A stretch of 64,000 nucleotides of DNA from Isurus oxyrinchus (Eukaryota). The stretch's first letter is position 1, and every line of letters begins with the position of its first letter. The DNA is taken from assembly GCA_026770705.1 (NCBI GenBank), contig JANJGN010000010.1:40238001-40302000 (forward strand). Reading direction: 5' to 3'. The notes beneath the pieces were generated by a model that worked only from the letters and a program-made list of their open reading frames with translations, did no database searches and was not told where the DNA came from. The position numbers were made by a program, and so were the translations under genes. This document shows positions 52,479 to 64,000 of the stretch, in pieces.

Positions 52479-55400
52479 GCCTTGAGTGCCCTACATCCAT
52501 TCTTAATTAGCACATTCGTTTAGATAATATCACCAACTTCGACAACTTGTGTTCTTTTGTTCTGCCATCTGTGACATCTTTTGATGATCTGCTTCTATCA
52601 CTGCTTTTGCCTACAACCACACCACCCCCCTCCACTTCTCTCCCCCCACCCAAACCCCACCCCCCACACCCCCACCTTCAACCAGCTTATATTTCAACCC
52701 TTCCTGGGATTCACCTTGTTCTGTCGAAGGGTCATGAGGACTCGAAACGTCAAATCTTTTCTTCTCCGCCGATGCTGCCAGACCTGCTGACTTTTTCCAG
52801 GTAATTCTGTTTTTGTTTTGGATTTCCAGCATCTGCAGTTTTTTGTTTTTATCTCTGTGTTTAATTGACTGCCACTGCTCTTCAAGAAATGCCTACCTCC
52901 TTGAAGAAGTTCTGTTCTTCTCTGCGACAAGATTTACGTATCTCTCTGTTGCCTTGTTCACCTTCATTGCTTTCCATTTCTCTCCTGGTGCTTGACAAGG
53001 TGTTTACTAAAACCCGCTTTCACAGCCATATCTCCTTTCTCAGTGACTGTCTCCGTCTCCGACTTACCCTACATGGATTTCAACTGAAATTCCACCCCTC
53101 ATGTTTCGAACCCACCCAGGATTACAGGTATTTCCGGGACATAAAACGTTTCTCGGACTGCTGTTCCCATCACATCCTGAGATCCACACTCAGTGCCATG
53201 TGCTGCCATATGAACACACTCGTCCTCTCCCTCCAGCAGCACCGCCGTACCCTTTTTCAACGCGGCGCGTGCCCCCAGTCTCATTTTACTCTTCGGCTCA
53301 TCCGACGCCTCAACAAGAAACTTTTTTCTTTCTCTCAAGTGCTAAGGAACGCAAGCTCCAACAACTCATCGACACCAACACCCATCAAGGACCCTCCACC
53401 CCTGCCTGTCCCTCCGTCCCCACCCCATCTTCCAATCCCAGCTCCAGCCGTATATTCATTATACCCCCTGACCTTCCCCTCTCCGATGCTGAACATTCAG
53501 TGCTCAGCAAAGGACTTAGTTTCATACCCCTACGCCCTCACCTCAATGAATTTCGGGCTCGGCACGGTGCTGAACTCTTCTTCCGCCGTCTTCGTCTCTG
53601 GGCTCACTTCTTTGGGCAGGAGTCCTCTCCCCATTCAACGGATCCTTTCACTCACCTCCAATATTCGCCCTCCACCTGGACCCCTCCCTCTGGATTCTTA
53701 CCTTCTCTTGATCTTTTCATTGAGAACTGTCGGCGCGACATTAGTCGTCTCAATTTCTCTGTTCCGCTCACCCATTCTAACCTGTCTCTCTCTGAACTTA
53801 CTGCACTCCATTGTCTCAGGTCCAACCCTGACATCGTCATCAAATCCGCAGACAAGGGTGGTGCTGGTGTTGTCTGGTGCACTGACCTCTACCTCGCGGA
53901 GGCTGAGCGTCAACTCACAGACACTTCCTCCTACCTCTCCCTGGATCATAACCCCACCACTGAACATCAAGCCATTGTTTCCAGGACTGTCACTGACCTC
54001 ATCTCCTCTGGGGATCTTCCTCCCACAACTTCCAACCTGATAGTCGCCCAACCTCGGACGGCCCGCTTCTACCTCCTACCCAAAATCCACAAACAGAACT
54101 GTCCCGGCAGACCGATCGTGTCAGCTTGCTCCTGCCCCACAGAATTCATCTCTCGTTATCTTGACTCCCTTCTCTCTCCCCTTGTCCAGTCCCTTCCCAC
54201 ATACATCCGTGATTCCTCTGACACCTTACGTCACATCAACAAGTTCCAGTTCCCTGGCCCCAACCGCTTCCTCTTCACCATGGACGTCCAATCCCTCTAC
54301 ACCTCCATCCCCCACCAGGATGGTCTGAGGGCCCTTAGCTTCTTCCTCGAACAGAGGCCCGAACAATCCCCATCCACCACTACTCTCCTCCGTCTGGCTG
54401 AACTTGTTCTCACACTGAACAATTTCTCCTTCAACTCCTCTCACTTCCTCCAAATAAAAGGTGTGGCTATGGGTACCCACATGGGCCCCAGCTATGCCTG
54501 TCTCTTTATGGGGTATGTGGAACATTCCTTGTTCCAGTCCTACTCTGGCCCCCTTCCAGAACTCTTTCTCCGGTACATCGATGATTACTTTGGTGCTGCT
54601 TCGTGCTCACGTCGGTACTTGGAAAAATTTATTAATTTTGCTTCCAATCTCCACCCCTCCATCATTTTCACGTGGTCCATCTCTGACACTTCCCTTCCTT
54701 GACCTCTCTGTCTCAATCTCTGGTGATAGACTGTCCACCAATATCCATTACAAGCCTACCGACTCCCACAGCTACCTTGACTACAGCTCCTCACACCCCG
54801 CTTCCTGTAAGGACTCTATCCCATTCTCTCAGTTCCTTCACCTCCGTCGCATCTGTTCCGATGATGCTACCTTCAAAAACAGTTCCTCTGACATGTCCTC
54901 CTTCTTCCTTAACCGAGGTTTTCCACCCACAGTCGTTGACAGGGCCCTTAACCGTGTCTGGCCCATCTCCCGCGCTTCCGCCCTCACGCCTTCTCCTCCC
55001 TCCCAGAAACATGAAAGGGTCCCCCTTGTCCTCACTTATCACCCCACCAGCCTCTGCATTCAAAGGATCATCCTCCGCCATTTCTGCCAACTCCAGCATG
55101 ATGCCACTACCAAACACATCTTCCCTTCACCCCCACGGTCGGCATTCCATAGGGATCGTTCCCTCCTGGACACCCTGGTCCACTCCTCCATCTCCCCCTA
55201 CTCCCCAACCCCCACCTATGGCACCTCCCCATGCCCACGCAAAAGATGTAACACCTGCCCCTTCACTTCCTCTCTCCTCACCGTCCAAGGGCCCAAACAC
55301 TCCTTTCAAGTAAAGCAACATTTCACTTGCATTTCCCCCAACTTAGTCTACTGCATTCATTGCTCCCAATGCATTGGAGAGACCAAACGTAAACTGGACG

Positions 55401-56134
55401 ACCGCTTTGCAGAACACCTGCGGTCTGTCCACAAGAATGACCCAAACCTCCCTGTTGCTTGCCATTTCAACACTCCACCCTGCTCTCTTGCCCACATGTC
55501 TGTTCTTGGCTTGCTGCATTGTTCCAGTGAAGCCCAATGCAAACTGGAGGAACAACACCTCATCTTCCGACTAGGCACTTTACAGCCTTCCGGACTGAAT
55601 ATTGAATTCAACAACTTTAGGTCTTGACCTCCCTCCTCCATCCCCACCCCCTTTCTGTTTCTTCCCCCTTCCTTTTGTTTTTTTCCAATAAATTATATAG
55701 ATTTTTCTTTTTTCTCTCCTATTTCCATTATTTTAAAATATTTTTAAATCTTTTATGCTCCCCCCACCCCCACTAGAGCTAGACCTTGAGTGCCCTACCA
55801 TCCATTCTTAATTAGCACATTCGTTTAGATAATATCACCAACTTCGAAACCTAAGTGTTCTTTTGTTCTGCCGTCTGTGACATCTTTTGATGTTCTGCTT
55901 CTATTACTGCTTTTGCCTACATCAACACCACCCCCCTCCACTTCTCTCCCCCAACCCAAACCCCTCCCCCCGCCCACCCCCCACACTCCCACCTTCATCC
56001 AGCTTATATTTCAACCCTTCCTGGGATTCACCTAGTTCTGTCGAAGGGTCATGAGGACTCGAAACGTCAACTCTTTTCTTCTCCGCCGATGCTGCCAGAC
56101 CTGCTGAGTTTTTCCAGGTAATTCTGTTTTTGTT
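52479..56134 (+). mobile_element. Penelope-like retroelement, full length between pseudo-LTRs, ORF 52865-55627 with two frameshifts
   Basis: FLRYIDDYFG RT motif; GIY-YIG with GLLY deleted; direct terminal repeats at ~52480-52815 and ~55785-56134. Confidence 0.93.
56034..56072 (+). ncRNA. Minimal type I hammerhead ribozyme motif in the Penelope pseudo-LTR (other copies 52717-52755 +, 51401-51440 -, 48052-48090 -, two within 43422-43498)
   Basis: AGUU-CUGUCGA-A-GGGUC(AUGAG)GACUC-GAAACGUC-AACU: stem I AGUU/AACU, 5-bp stem II, palindromic ACGU stem III. Confidence 0.7.
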
Positions 56135-56172
56135 AAAAAAAAATACACATATGTTTTCTTTGTGATCCTTAC

Positions 56173-56511
56173 CTGACACCTGCATTGCTGACGTCTGTTC
56201 TGCATTTTCAGGCGTTATGAATACATTGCAAGTGTATTTTCCTTCATCTGCTAATTGTACTTTCGGAAGGTGAAGTGAAGCATCTCCCTTCAGTAAAGCA
56301 CTATCAGAAATGTATGCTCCAGGTCGATTTGAGTGATGTTCACCTCCGAGGAAAGAATACACTGTTGTATATCCCTCTAGGATCCATTCGACTCCTACCG
56401 TTTTGGGGTCAATTGTAGCACCAACGTAGCCAGTTGCCTTGCATTTCAGATGAACATCTTCATTTAATAATACTTTCAGTGGGCTTTGAAATATCTCCAG
56501 ACCTATTGAGT
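56173..56511 (-). CDS. NCR3LG1: B7-H6-like gene, IgV exon (DSIGLEIFQSPLKVLLNEDVHLKCKATGYVGATIDPKTVGVEW...RPGAYISDSALLKGDASLHLPKVQLADEGKYTCNVFITPENAEQTSAMQVS)
   Basis: 339 nt, stop-free, acceptor ttttgaag and donor |gtaagg, phase 1-1. Has the V-set C..W..DxGxYxC signature. RPGA/GDASL.LP..QL/C.V..TP motifs match human B7-H6 as I recall it. An alternative in-frame acceptor lies at 56502. Confidence 0.88.
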
Positions 56512-57164
56512 CTTCAAAAAAAGATTAAAAATTTATGAAAACATCCAATAAGATATATTACTAAAATAATATCGTATTGTTTTGTCTAAAAGACACATTT
56601 GCACATTTCTTTAAAATCTAAAAAAAGCAACTTATATATGTGTACCATGCTTAATTTAAAGCAATTATTATGGAATATGTAGGACTTTTGCAACAAGACC
56701 TTCTGAGGCCAGAGCTGATCAGCATGTGTGGTAAAAAGTAGCTAATGATTGCAAATTGATCATAACTCTTTCTTGAGAATTTCATCTTTATACCAGTAAA
56801 AGTGAAAAGAATACAATGAATTTGACCTCTTTCTCAAGGATGTTAATGGGACAGGAGCTGTATTGACACAAGTTCACAGAATCGCAGAATAGGTACAGAA
56901 CAAAAGGCTATTCAACCTGTCGTGCCTGTGCTGGCTCTTCGATGGAGCAACTCACCGAATGCTACTGCCCCACCTTCTCTCTGTAGCCCCGCACATGCTT
57001 CATTTTCAGATAATAATCCATTCCCTCTTGAATTCCTTGATTGAACAAGCCTCCACCAACTCTCAGGCAGTGCGTTCCAGATACAATCACTCTGCCAATT
57101 ATCTCAAATCTGTGCCCTCTAATTCTGTGCCATAAATTTCTATGATTTTATGAAGAAGATTAAA

Positions 57165-58065
57165 CAACAACAATTTGTATTGATATAGCACATTTATGAT
57201 TGTAACATGGCCTTAGGCACTTCATAGAAGTATAACGAGACAAAAAATGATGCTGAGCCAAAGGAGGGAGGTAGTGCCAAAATCTTGGTCAAAAAGGTGA
57301 GATATAAGGAAGGTCTTAAATGAGGTAGGAAGGCGGAGAGGTCTAGTCAACTGGGGGAAAATTGGTCAATAGTAGGGCAAGAGGAGTGGTATGCAAAAGA
57401 GGCTAGAGTTGGAGGTTTGTTAGGCTGGAGCAGGTTACAAAAATATAGGGTGACAAGGTCGTGAAGGTTTAAAGAAAGAGAGAACAGTTTTAAATTTGAG
57501 ATATTAGGTGACCATGGACTAAAGTAGGTCAGCAAGGACAAAGCTGCCAGATAAAAAGGACTTGGTGCAATTTAAGGTAAGGACAACAGCGTTTCAAATG
57601 AGATGAAGCTTATGGATGGTGGTTGATGAGATCAGATCCCCAGATCATTAGTCGAATCTAGGGATGGCAAAAGTCAAGATAGGGGTTCCAGTGGTCGACT
57701 GGTTGAGTTTTGGATAAAGGTTGGACCCACAGCATCTCACCAAGGGTCCTTCAAACAGTAACTCAAACCCATGACCACTACCACCTGAAAGGACAAGGTC
57801 AGCAGATGCATGGAAACACCATCACCTGCAAATTTCCCTCCAAGCCACTCACCATCCTGACTTGGAAATATATCGCTATTCCTTCACTGTTGCTGGGTCA
57901 AAATCCTGGAACTCCCTTCCTAACAGCATTGTAGGTGCACCTGCACCACATGGACTGCAGTGGTTCAAGAAGACAGCTCACCGCCACCTTCTCAAGGGCA
58001 TTTAGGGATGGGCAATAAATGTTGGCTTAGCCAGCAAAGCCCACATCCCATGAACTATTTTTTTT
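57165..58065. mobile_element. Old L2-like fragment (-) followed by a LINE 3' end (+, 57720-58065)
   Basis: aacaacaacaatttgtattgatatagcac tail; 57780-58035 matches the 42340-42612 family. Confidence 0.6.
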
Positions 58066-61000
58066 AAATGTTGTGGAGGTAGAAGTATGTGGTATATGTT
58101 GTGAAGAGGATATGAGGTCAGTAGCTCAGTTTGGGGACAAATAGGAGAACAAAGTTGCAAACAGTTTACTTTGGCAAACGACATTATCTCTGTTACTGGG
58201 CTAAACTGACTTTACATACACACAAATCTCTGAAACTAGTTATCTCCAACCTTAGCAATAGAAACTTCTCCCTCTGGCTTTTCTACTCCATGTTGTAGCA
58301 TTTGATTTTTTTGAAACTGCCAATTGTTAAAAGACTGATTCTTTCCACCTCTTTTAAAACTGTTCTTCGATTTCGCTGTTAAATTATTTTTCTTTATTCT
58401 TCAGCTAGCAGGGGCTGTTTCCCGCTTCTCGGCAGAGTCTTGCTTTTTTGCACCACTTTCGGCTTTGGTTTCCCACCTGATGTGGAGGATAGCACCGTTT
58501 TGCACACCCCTGTATTGCTTTTGAATCTCTTACTGCACTTTCTATGGCACTATCTCTAGCTCCTTCTTGAAATCCAGATCCACTTCGGACAATAATCGTT
58601 TCTAAATAGAGTCTTCTTTCACTCCACACACTAAACAATCTCTAGGCATGTCATTCAGAGTCGCACTGAACTCACAATGTTCTGTTAACTGCTTCAAATT
58701 TGCCACAAGCAAGCAATCGTCTCACCCAGGGTTCTATTTCGCAAATTAAACCTGAACCTATGCATCATGACTGAGGGCTTGGGTTGAAAGTGATCCTTCA
58801 CAAGGTCAACCAATTCATCAAAATTCTTCGAACCTGGGGCACTGGGCGCCATCAAACTTCAAATCAAGCTGTAGGTTTTGCCCCCACAAGCACTCAAGAG
58901 GATCACTCACCACTTCTCTTCCCTCATAATCTTGTTCGCTTGAAAAAAGTACATGAGGTGTTCCATGTATTGAGACCAATCATCTGTGGCTGGTTCAAAA
59001 GAATCAATTCTGCCAAATTGTGGCATTTTGAGAGAGGATAACTTCTGCAATTCTAATGGAGCTTGCTACTTACAATCACTGGGCGAGGTACAGTGCTGAT
59101 TTATTTCTAACTTGATTTCTTCAGCTCAATCCTGTTTTATCCTCATCGCCAGTTTGTTGCAGAATGGCCGAGTTGTACAATTAGTGATAGAGTTGATCTG
59201 CAGACATGCCTTTGGTGGAAACTTTAAGTTTATTTACAAAATTTTCAGCAGCAACTATACGTGTGCTGTCAACTCCAACTCTAACACTACACTGACTGCT
59301 GAAGTAGCTTGCCTTACTCTCCTATTGGTTACTAGTGATCATGTGATGTTGCCTAACAAGTATTACTCTTAAAGGTACATTTCATACCAAATAAAACCAT
59401 AATTACAACAAAATATAATCAAAAACTGCTCAATATCCTTAGGCCAAATAATCAATATTCTTGAAATGTTACAATTCTCCTGCTGTAAAAAAAATTTCAT
59501 AGCGCTGCCTAAGTTTTTTTCCAAATTTCCATGGACCCACCAACTGATTCTACCAGTTAGAGGAATCAAATGTTCAACATCAATGGGCATCAGGCCATGA
59601 GCTGGGTTTAGTCCTGCAGACCACAGGCTTTGGACATAACCAAATTGGAGCATTTTGCTGAATCAGCAATGCAATGCAAATTTAGAGCAATAGTAGAATA
59701 ATTCAGGTAAGGTATGGTAAACAGTGCAGCCCAAATGTTACTCATTAATCTGATTATCTTGATACTTAGCCCACTGTAACTCAATTAAAAAGTAAACAAT
59801 TTCAAATGAAGCAAAGGCTGTAGCAATATCAAATTGCTCTCAAATAAACTCACTGTGAATGCCATGCCATGCTGTGTTAATGCTTCCATTTCACGTTCAC
59901 ACAGGTTTCAAAATCCAAATAAAATTTCAGTTATGTTTTGAGCAATTGAACAGAGAAACAATATGTAGATGCAAGACCTTTGATTTTATTTTATATAGAA
60001 AATGTAATTTAATACACTTTTATTTCCTAAAGATTCTGATGTGGGCCATAATTTTGTTTGCTAAGTATTTACTTTTGCTATTATTCCTTATGTCTTTGTG
60101 ATCAAATAAATGTATTGACAAACATACCAGAACATGTTTAGAATTTCCAAGAACTTGGAAAGTATAAAATGAAATTCGCAATATATTGAATTTTACTAGT
60201 TTTGTGTCCGTAGTACTTTTATTCACCCATAGCAACTCTTCAGGCTGCTCACGGATGTATTTCTAGCTATATTTGCTCCCTTTATTTCTTCCTAATTGCA
60301 CTTTTATTGCAAGTGATAATCTATAATCTGCCTCCAATTACTGTCTGTGCCTCAAAATTCTCTCTCTCCTGTTTTCCCCAACCTTCTTTTGCCTCTCCTG
60401 CTGTTTTCTGATAGCATTCCTTTTTGATAAAGCCTCCATTTTCGCCTAATTACACCCTGCTGAATGTTCTTTGCAAGCACCTTAAACCAAAACAACCTGG
60501 AAGCATTTAAACAATATCTCAACTACACTGCAGTAACAAACCTGGACTGAATGGATCTAGAATTATTTCCAGACAAATATATATTGTTATCCCTAAACAG
60601 CAATCTAAAGTTATTGGAAATTGCTTATTTCATTGTGTGGAAAGAAAAAATCAAAATCTGAATTTATTTGTGATGATTACGTTGGTATGTGAATACAGCT
60701 TCAAACTCAAAATGGCTCATCAGCCAGCTTGGCATAGTTTACACTGGCAATGGGCAGCTGATAAGACACCAGTTAAAACCCACCAAACACATACAGTTTT
60801 AACTAATAATTTCCCAGATTTGTAGAGATTTTAAATTTTAAAAAAGTTAGATTGTTTAGAAAGGACATTGAGCAGAAAGGACATAAGTCTGCTGAAAAAA
60901 TATCCAGCATATTCATGACCTGATTAGTTAGCTGACTAAATAGCAGAAGTGTTGTTATTTTCAATATGAAATTAATGATACATCATGGTAAATTTCTGCA

Positions 61001-61334
61001 AGACTCATAGAAACAGTAAGCTTACAAGTCATGAATATATTTAAATAATTAATCAATAGTTTAGTAACCATATCTGTTAAAATTCTGCTGATGCTGATTT
61101 TCAGTGTACGATGTTTATATGTGATCCAGCAATCCCTATTCGGAATGGCCTTGTCTGGAATCTAGTGGGAATGGGATCAGGCCTAGCTGTGATGCCAATT
61201 TTCAATAAACATCACCACACGCTACAAAGTAATGTCCTATAGTTTGCTGCAGTTAATTTGTGCTTTCTCTATGCAGTAGCAAGTGGACTTTGCCAATAAA
61301 CTGATTATCCTTACACTTGTAGATGTTAATACCA

Positions 61335-62575
61335 AAGTAAAACACTGCAGAAGCTGGAAATCTGATATAAAAACAGAAAAAGCTGGAAGTACTCAGCAGG
61401 TCAGGCAGCATCTGTGGAGAGAGAAACAAAGTTAACAGAGAAACGAACTATGCTTCCTCCACCTGGCTTTCTATTCCATTCTCCCAGTTTCTCTCTATCT
61501 GTGGCATCTATTCTGATGATGCCATCTTCTATCCCAGTGCTTCAATAGGCCTTCCATTTTCCACAACCAAGGTGTCCATTCCATTTCCTATGCTTCTGTT
61601 CTCATTTTCTGCCTTCCCAGCCAGAACCACAACAGGATTCCCTTGTTCTTACATTCCAATCCTCCTGCCTCCACATTCAATGGATCATCTTACCTCATTT
61701 CTGCCATCTTCAGTCTGATACGACCACAAACACATCTTCCCCTCCACACTCCTTACAGCATTGCAAAGGGTCCGGTCTATCTGTGAGATGCTAGTCCACT
61801 TCACAAGTACCCTCAACACCCCTCCCCTACCCACGACATCTTCTGTTGCAAGTGCAGTTGATGCGCCACCTGCCTTTTAACTTCCTCCCTTCCCAATGTC
61901 TTGGCCTTAAATTCTCTTTCCAAATGAAACAGCAATTTACTTCCACATCTTTCAATTTATTATACTATATTTGCTAATAATGATGCGGTCTTCTTTACAA
62001 AGATGTGGCAAAACACATTGGATGACTGTTTTGTGGAACACCTCTTTTGAGACAAAGACCCAATGCTGTTGATTGTGAGTGGAATGCTCTGCCTCACTCC
62101 CACTCTGACCTCTTTGGCCCCAGCCTCGGGTATTGTTTAGATGAAGCTCAGTGTAATCTTGAGGAACGTCATCTCAATCCTTTGATTGGGCACATTACAG
62201 CCTTCTGATATCAACACTGAATTTGAACAATTTCAGATCATGACTTCTGACCCCGTTTTTTGGACAGCAGCCAATTCTGCTATTCCCATTTACACCTTCT
62301 CCAGACCCATTTATTTCTTTTCCTGTCCCAATACCATTTTATTTTGCATAGCGCCATCGTTCCTTTAGTCACTTAATCACTCCTGCCTTCCACACTGTCA
62401 GAGATTTACTCTTTTGTTCCTCTCCTCCTCCACTTCCTGCGTCTATTCTTGATTTAAACCTGTTACATCACAAACTTTTTCCAGCTCTAATGGAAGGTCA
62501 ACCTAAAACCATAACTTTGCTTTTCTCTCCACAGATGCTGCCTGCTTAGTATTTCCAGCAATTTCTGTTTTTACT
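61335..62575 (+). mobile_element. Older decayed Penelope-like element with an inverted 5' terminal fragment
   Basis: GTLQPSDINTEF C-terminus; termini gctggaagtactcagcaggtcaggcagcatctgtggag and ctccacagatgctgcctg. Confidence 0.8.
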
Positions 62576-62686
62576 TGCAGGTGTTAACTGCAACGGAAGC
62601 GAAAACTCTCTAAAGACTTTTATTATCTGCCGATATTTTGTCATTATACAAATACTAAAAGAGAACTTAGATCAGTAATACTTTAC

Positions 62687-62735
62687 CTGATGTTGAAATC
62701 AATGATACAAGACAGCAAAAAGTCAAAATTTTCAT
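62687..62735 (-). CDS. NCR3LG1: B7-H6-like gene, coding exon 1 (signal peptide MKILTFCCLVSLISTS)
   Basis: ATG at 62735, short hydrophobic leader, ends CAG|gtaaag in phase 1 and joins the IgV exon in frame. Confidence 0.8.
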
Positions 62736-62768
62736 CTTTGTTTCAGAATTTCAAGCTTCTAAAGCATT

Positions 62769-62836
62769 TTCCAAGAACTATATCTACGCGTAACTGGACA
62801 TTTGCTGCAGAACAAATTCAGTCTTTCACTTTCACT
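62769..62836 (-). promoter_or_regulatory. Candidate IRF element (AGTGAAAGTGAAAG, 62823-62836) and GAS element (TTCCAAGAA, 62769-62777) just upstream of the ATG
   Basis: Match to IRF1/2 tandem GAAA and STAT TTCN3GAA consensus; TATAAA on the minus strand at 62924-62929. Confidence 0.4.
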
Positions 62837-62999
62837 ATTACCAAACAACGTCTTCTTTTCTTAGCCAGGACAAAGTCCAAGCACATAAAGTTAATTACTC
62901 ATTAGTTCTTAAAGTGGCAGCATTTTATATTATTGCGTTGTTGGACTGCTGAAGCAGTAGTTTCAATAAATTCTCAAGGACTGCTGGCTACGAAACACT

Positions 63000-63690
63000 G
63001 GGGAGAATTTTCTACCCATTGGGCGTGCGGTTCAGGAGCAGGCGTAGCCGATTGCTGCCTGCGATTGGCTGCGCACCGCCATTTTGCATGGGTGAGCCAA
63101 TTAAGGCCCGCTCAGCGTGACGCGCACCCGGAAGCGCTTAGCGCTACTTGTGCAGATGGGGGTAGGAGGGAGGAAGGAGAGTTGGGGCCTGCACTCTTTC
63201 ACGCATGTGCGTGAAAGAGCGCAGAAATCTCCCTGAGGCAGCTCCGTGCCTCAGGGAGATTAATTTGATTTGGAAAACTGAAAAAAAGAACTTAAGAAAT
63301 TATTCTTTCATGTCCCCTCATGTGACAGTGCCACATGAGTTGGGACATGTCAAGGAATTTTACTAAAATATTTTATTGCATTTATAAAGCCTTCATGAAG
63401 CCTCATCCCACCTGTGGATGAGATTTCATGAAAAATGTGAAGGCCGCCTGGGCTCTCCGCCTGTCCCCAACCTTAAGGTTGGACGGGCAACCCTGTTAAT
63501 TATTTCAATTAGTTTTTAAATGGCCTTAATAGGCCTTTGACAGTTCAGCACTCCGGTGCACGCCCGCCAAACTGAAGATCGGAATGACGCGCGGTGACGT
63601 CGGGATACATGCCTGACGTGATCACGCGTCATTTTACGTGTCAGCGAGCGAGGCCCCACCCCCGCACACCAACCCAAAAACTCAGGCCAC
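63000..63690. mobile_element. MITE (family of 43727-44445); another copy begins at ~63928
   Basis: GGGGAGAATTTT terminus and shared internal sequence. Confidence 0.75.
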
Positions 63691-64000
63691 TAACTTCATT
63701 GTGACATATTTACAGTTATGAGAATACCCTACATAAGCTTCTGACCATGCTTACACTCATGTTATCTGAGACTTCAGGTGAGTATGTCACTTCCTTCCAT
63801 GATTTCAAAGACTGTTACAGTTAAGCCTTGATTGGACTTAGTCTAACATACTCCATTATGCTACATCTCCACCCCCCCCAAGTCTCAGTTCGGACTTCAA
63901 CATTCTCTGATGTTCCCAGAAATTCTAGGGGCAGGATTTTCAGCTCAGTGTGTGGGTAGGTGCCCAACACACACAAGCATAAAATAGCGCTCGATGACGC

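Noticed and set aside
46740-56511. Tapasin/TAPBPL or SIRP as the gene identity
   Set aside because: The leader joins a single V domain directly (no tapasin N-terminal domain), there is only one C1 domain and no TM lysine; the V motifs fit B7-H6 better. Strict orthology versus paralogy is untested

Overview
Vertebrate genomic DNA, most likely a shark or other elasmobranch (inferred from the repeat families present). The minus strand carries an intact NCR3LG1/B7-H6-like immunoglobulin-superfamily gene with four clear exons, all joined by phase-1 GT-AG introns: signal peptide (62687-62735), IgV (56173-56511), IgC1 (46740-47060) and transmembrane (41505-41609). Positions 1-26.5 kb look like a ~1.75-1.8 kb macrosatellite with a 5297-bp trimeric higher-order repeat. 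However, every unit holds one minus-strand symmetric (phase 1-1), stop-free exon of 90 or 120 nt with intact splice sites, and a diverged monomer at 29.3-30.5 kb holds an 81-nt in-frame version with a different donor. The array therefore looks like an exon-intron cassette amplified at least 16 times. It could add more than 530 aa of acidic N/E/S/K-rich repeats in frame after the B7-H6-like TM exon (inference; needs transcripts). Introns contain Penelope-like elements (an ~8.2-kb inverted composite and a 245-bp hairpin, both with hammerhead ribozyme motifs), CR1/L2-group LINE fragments, a Harbinger-like element and MITEs, and an LTR/gag remnant with a tRNA-Pro PBS. All calls come from reading the sequence; no searches were run.
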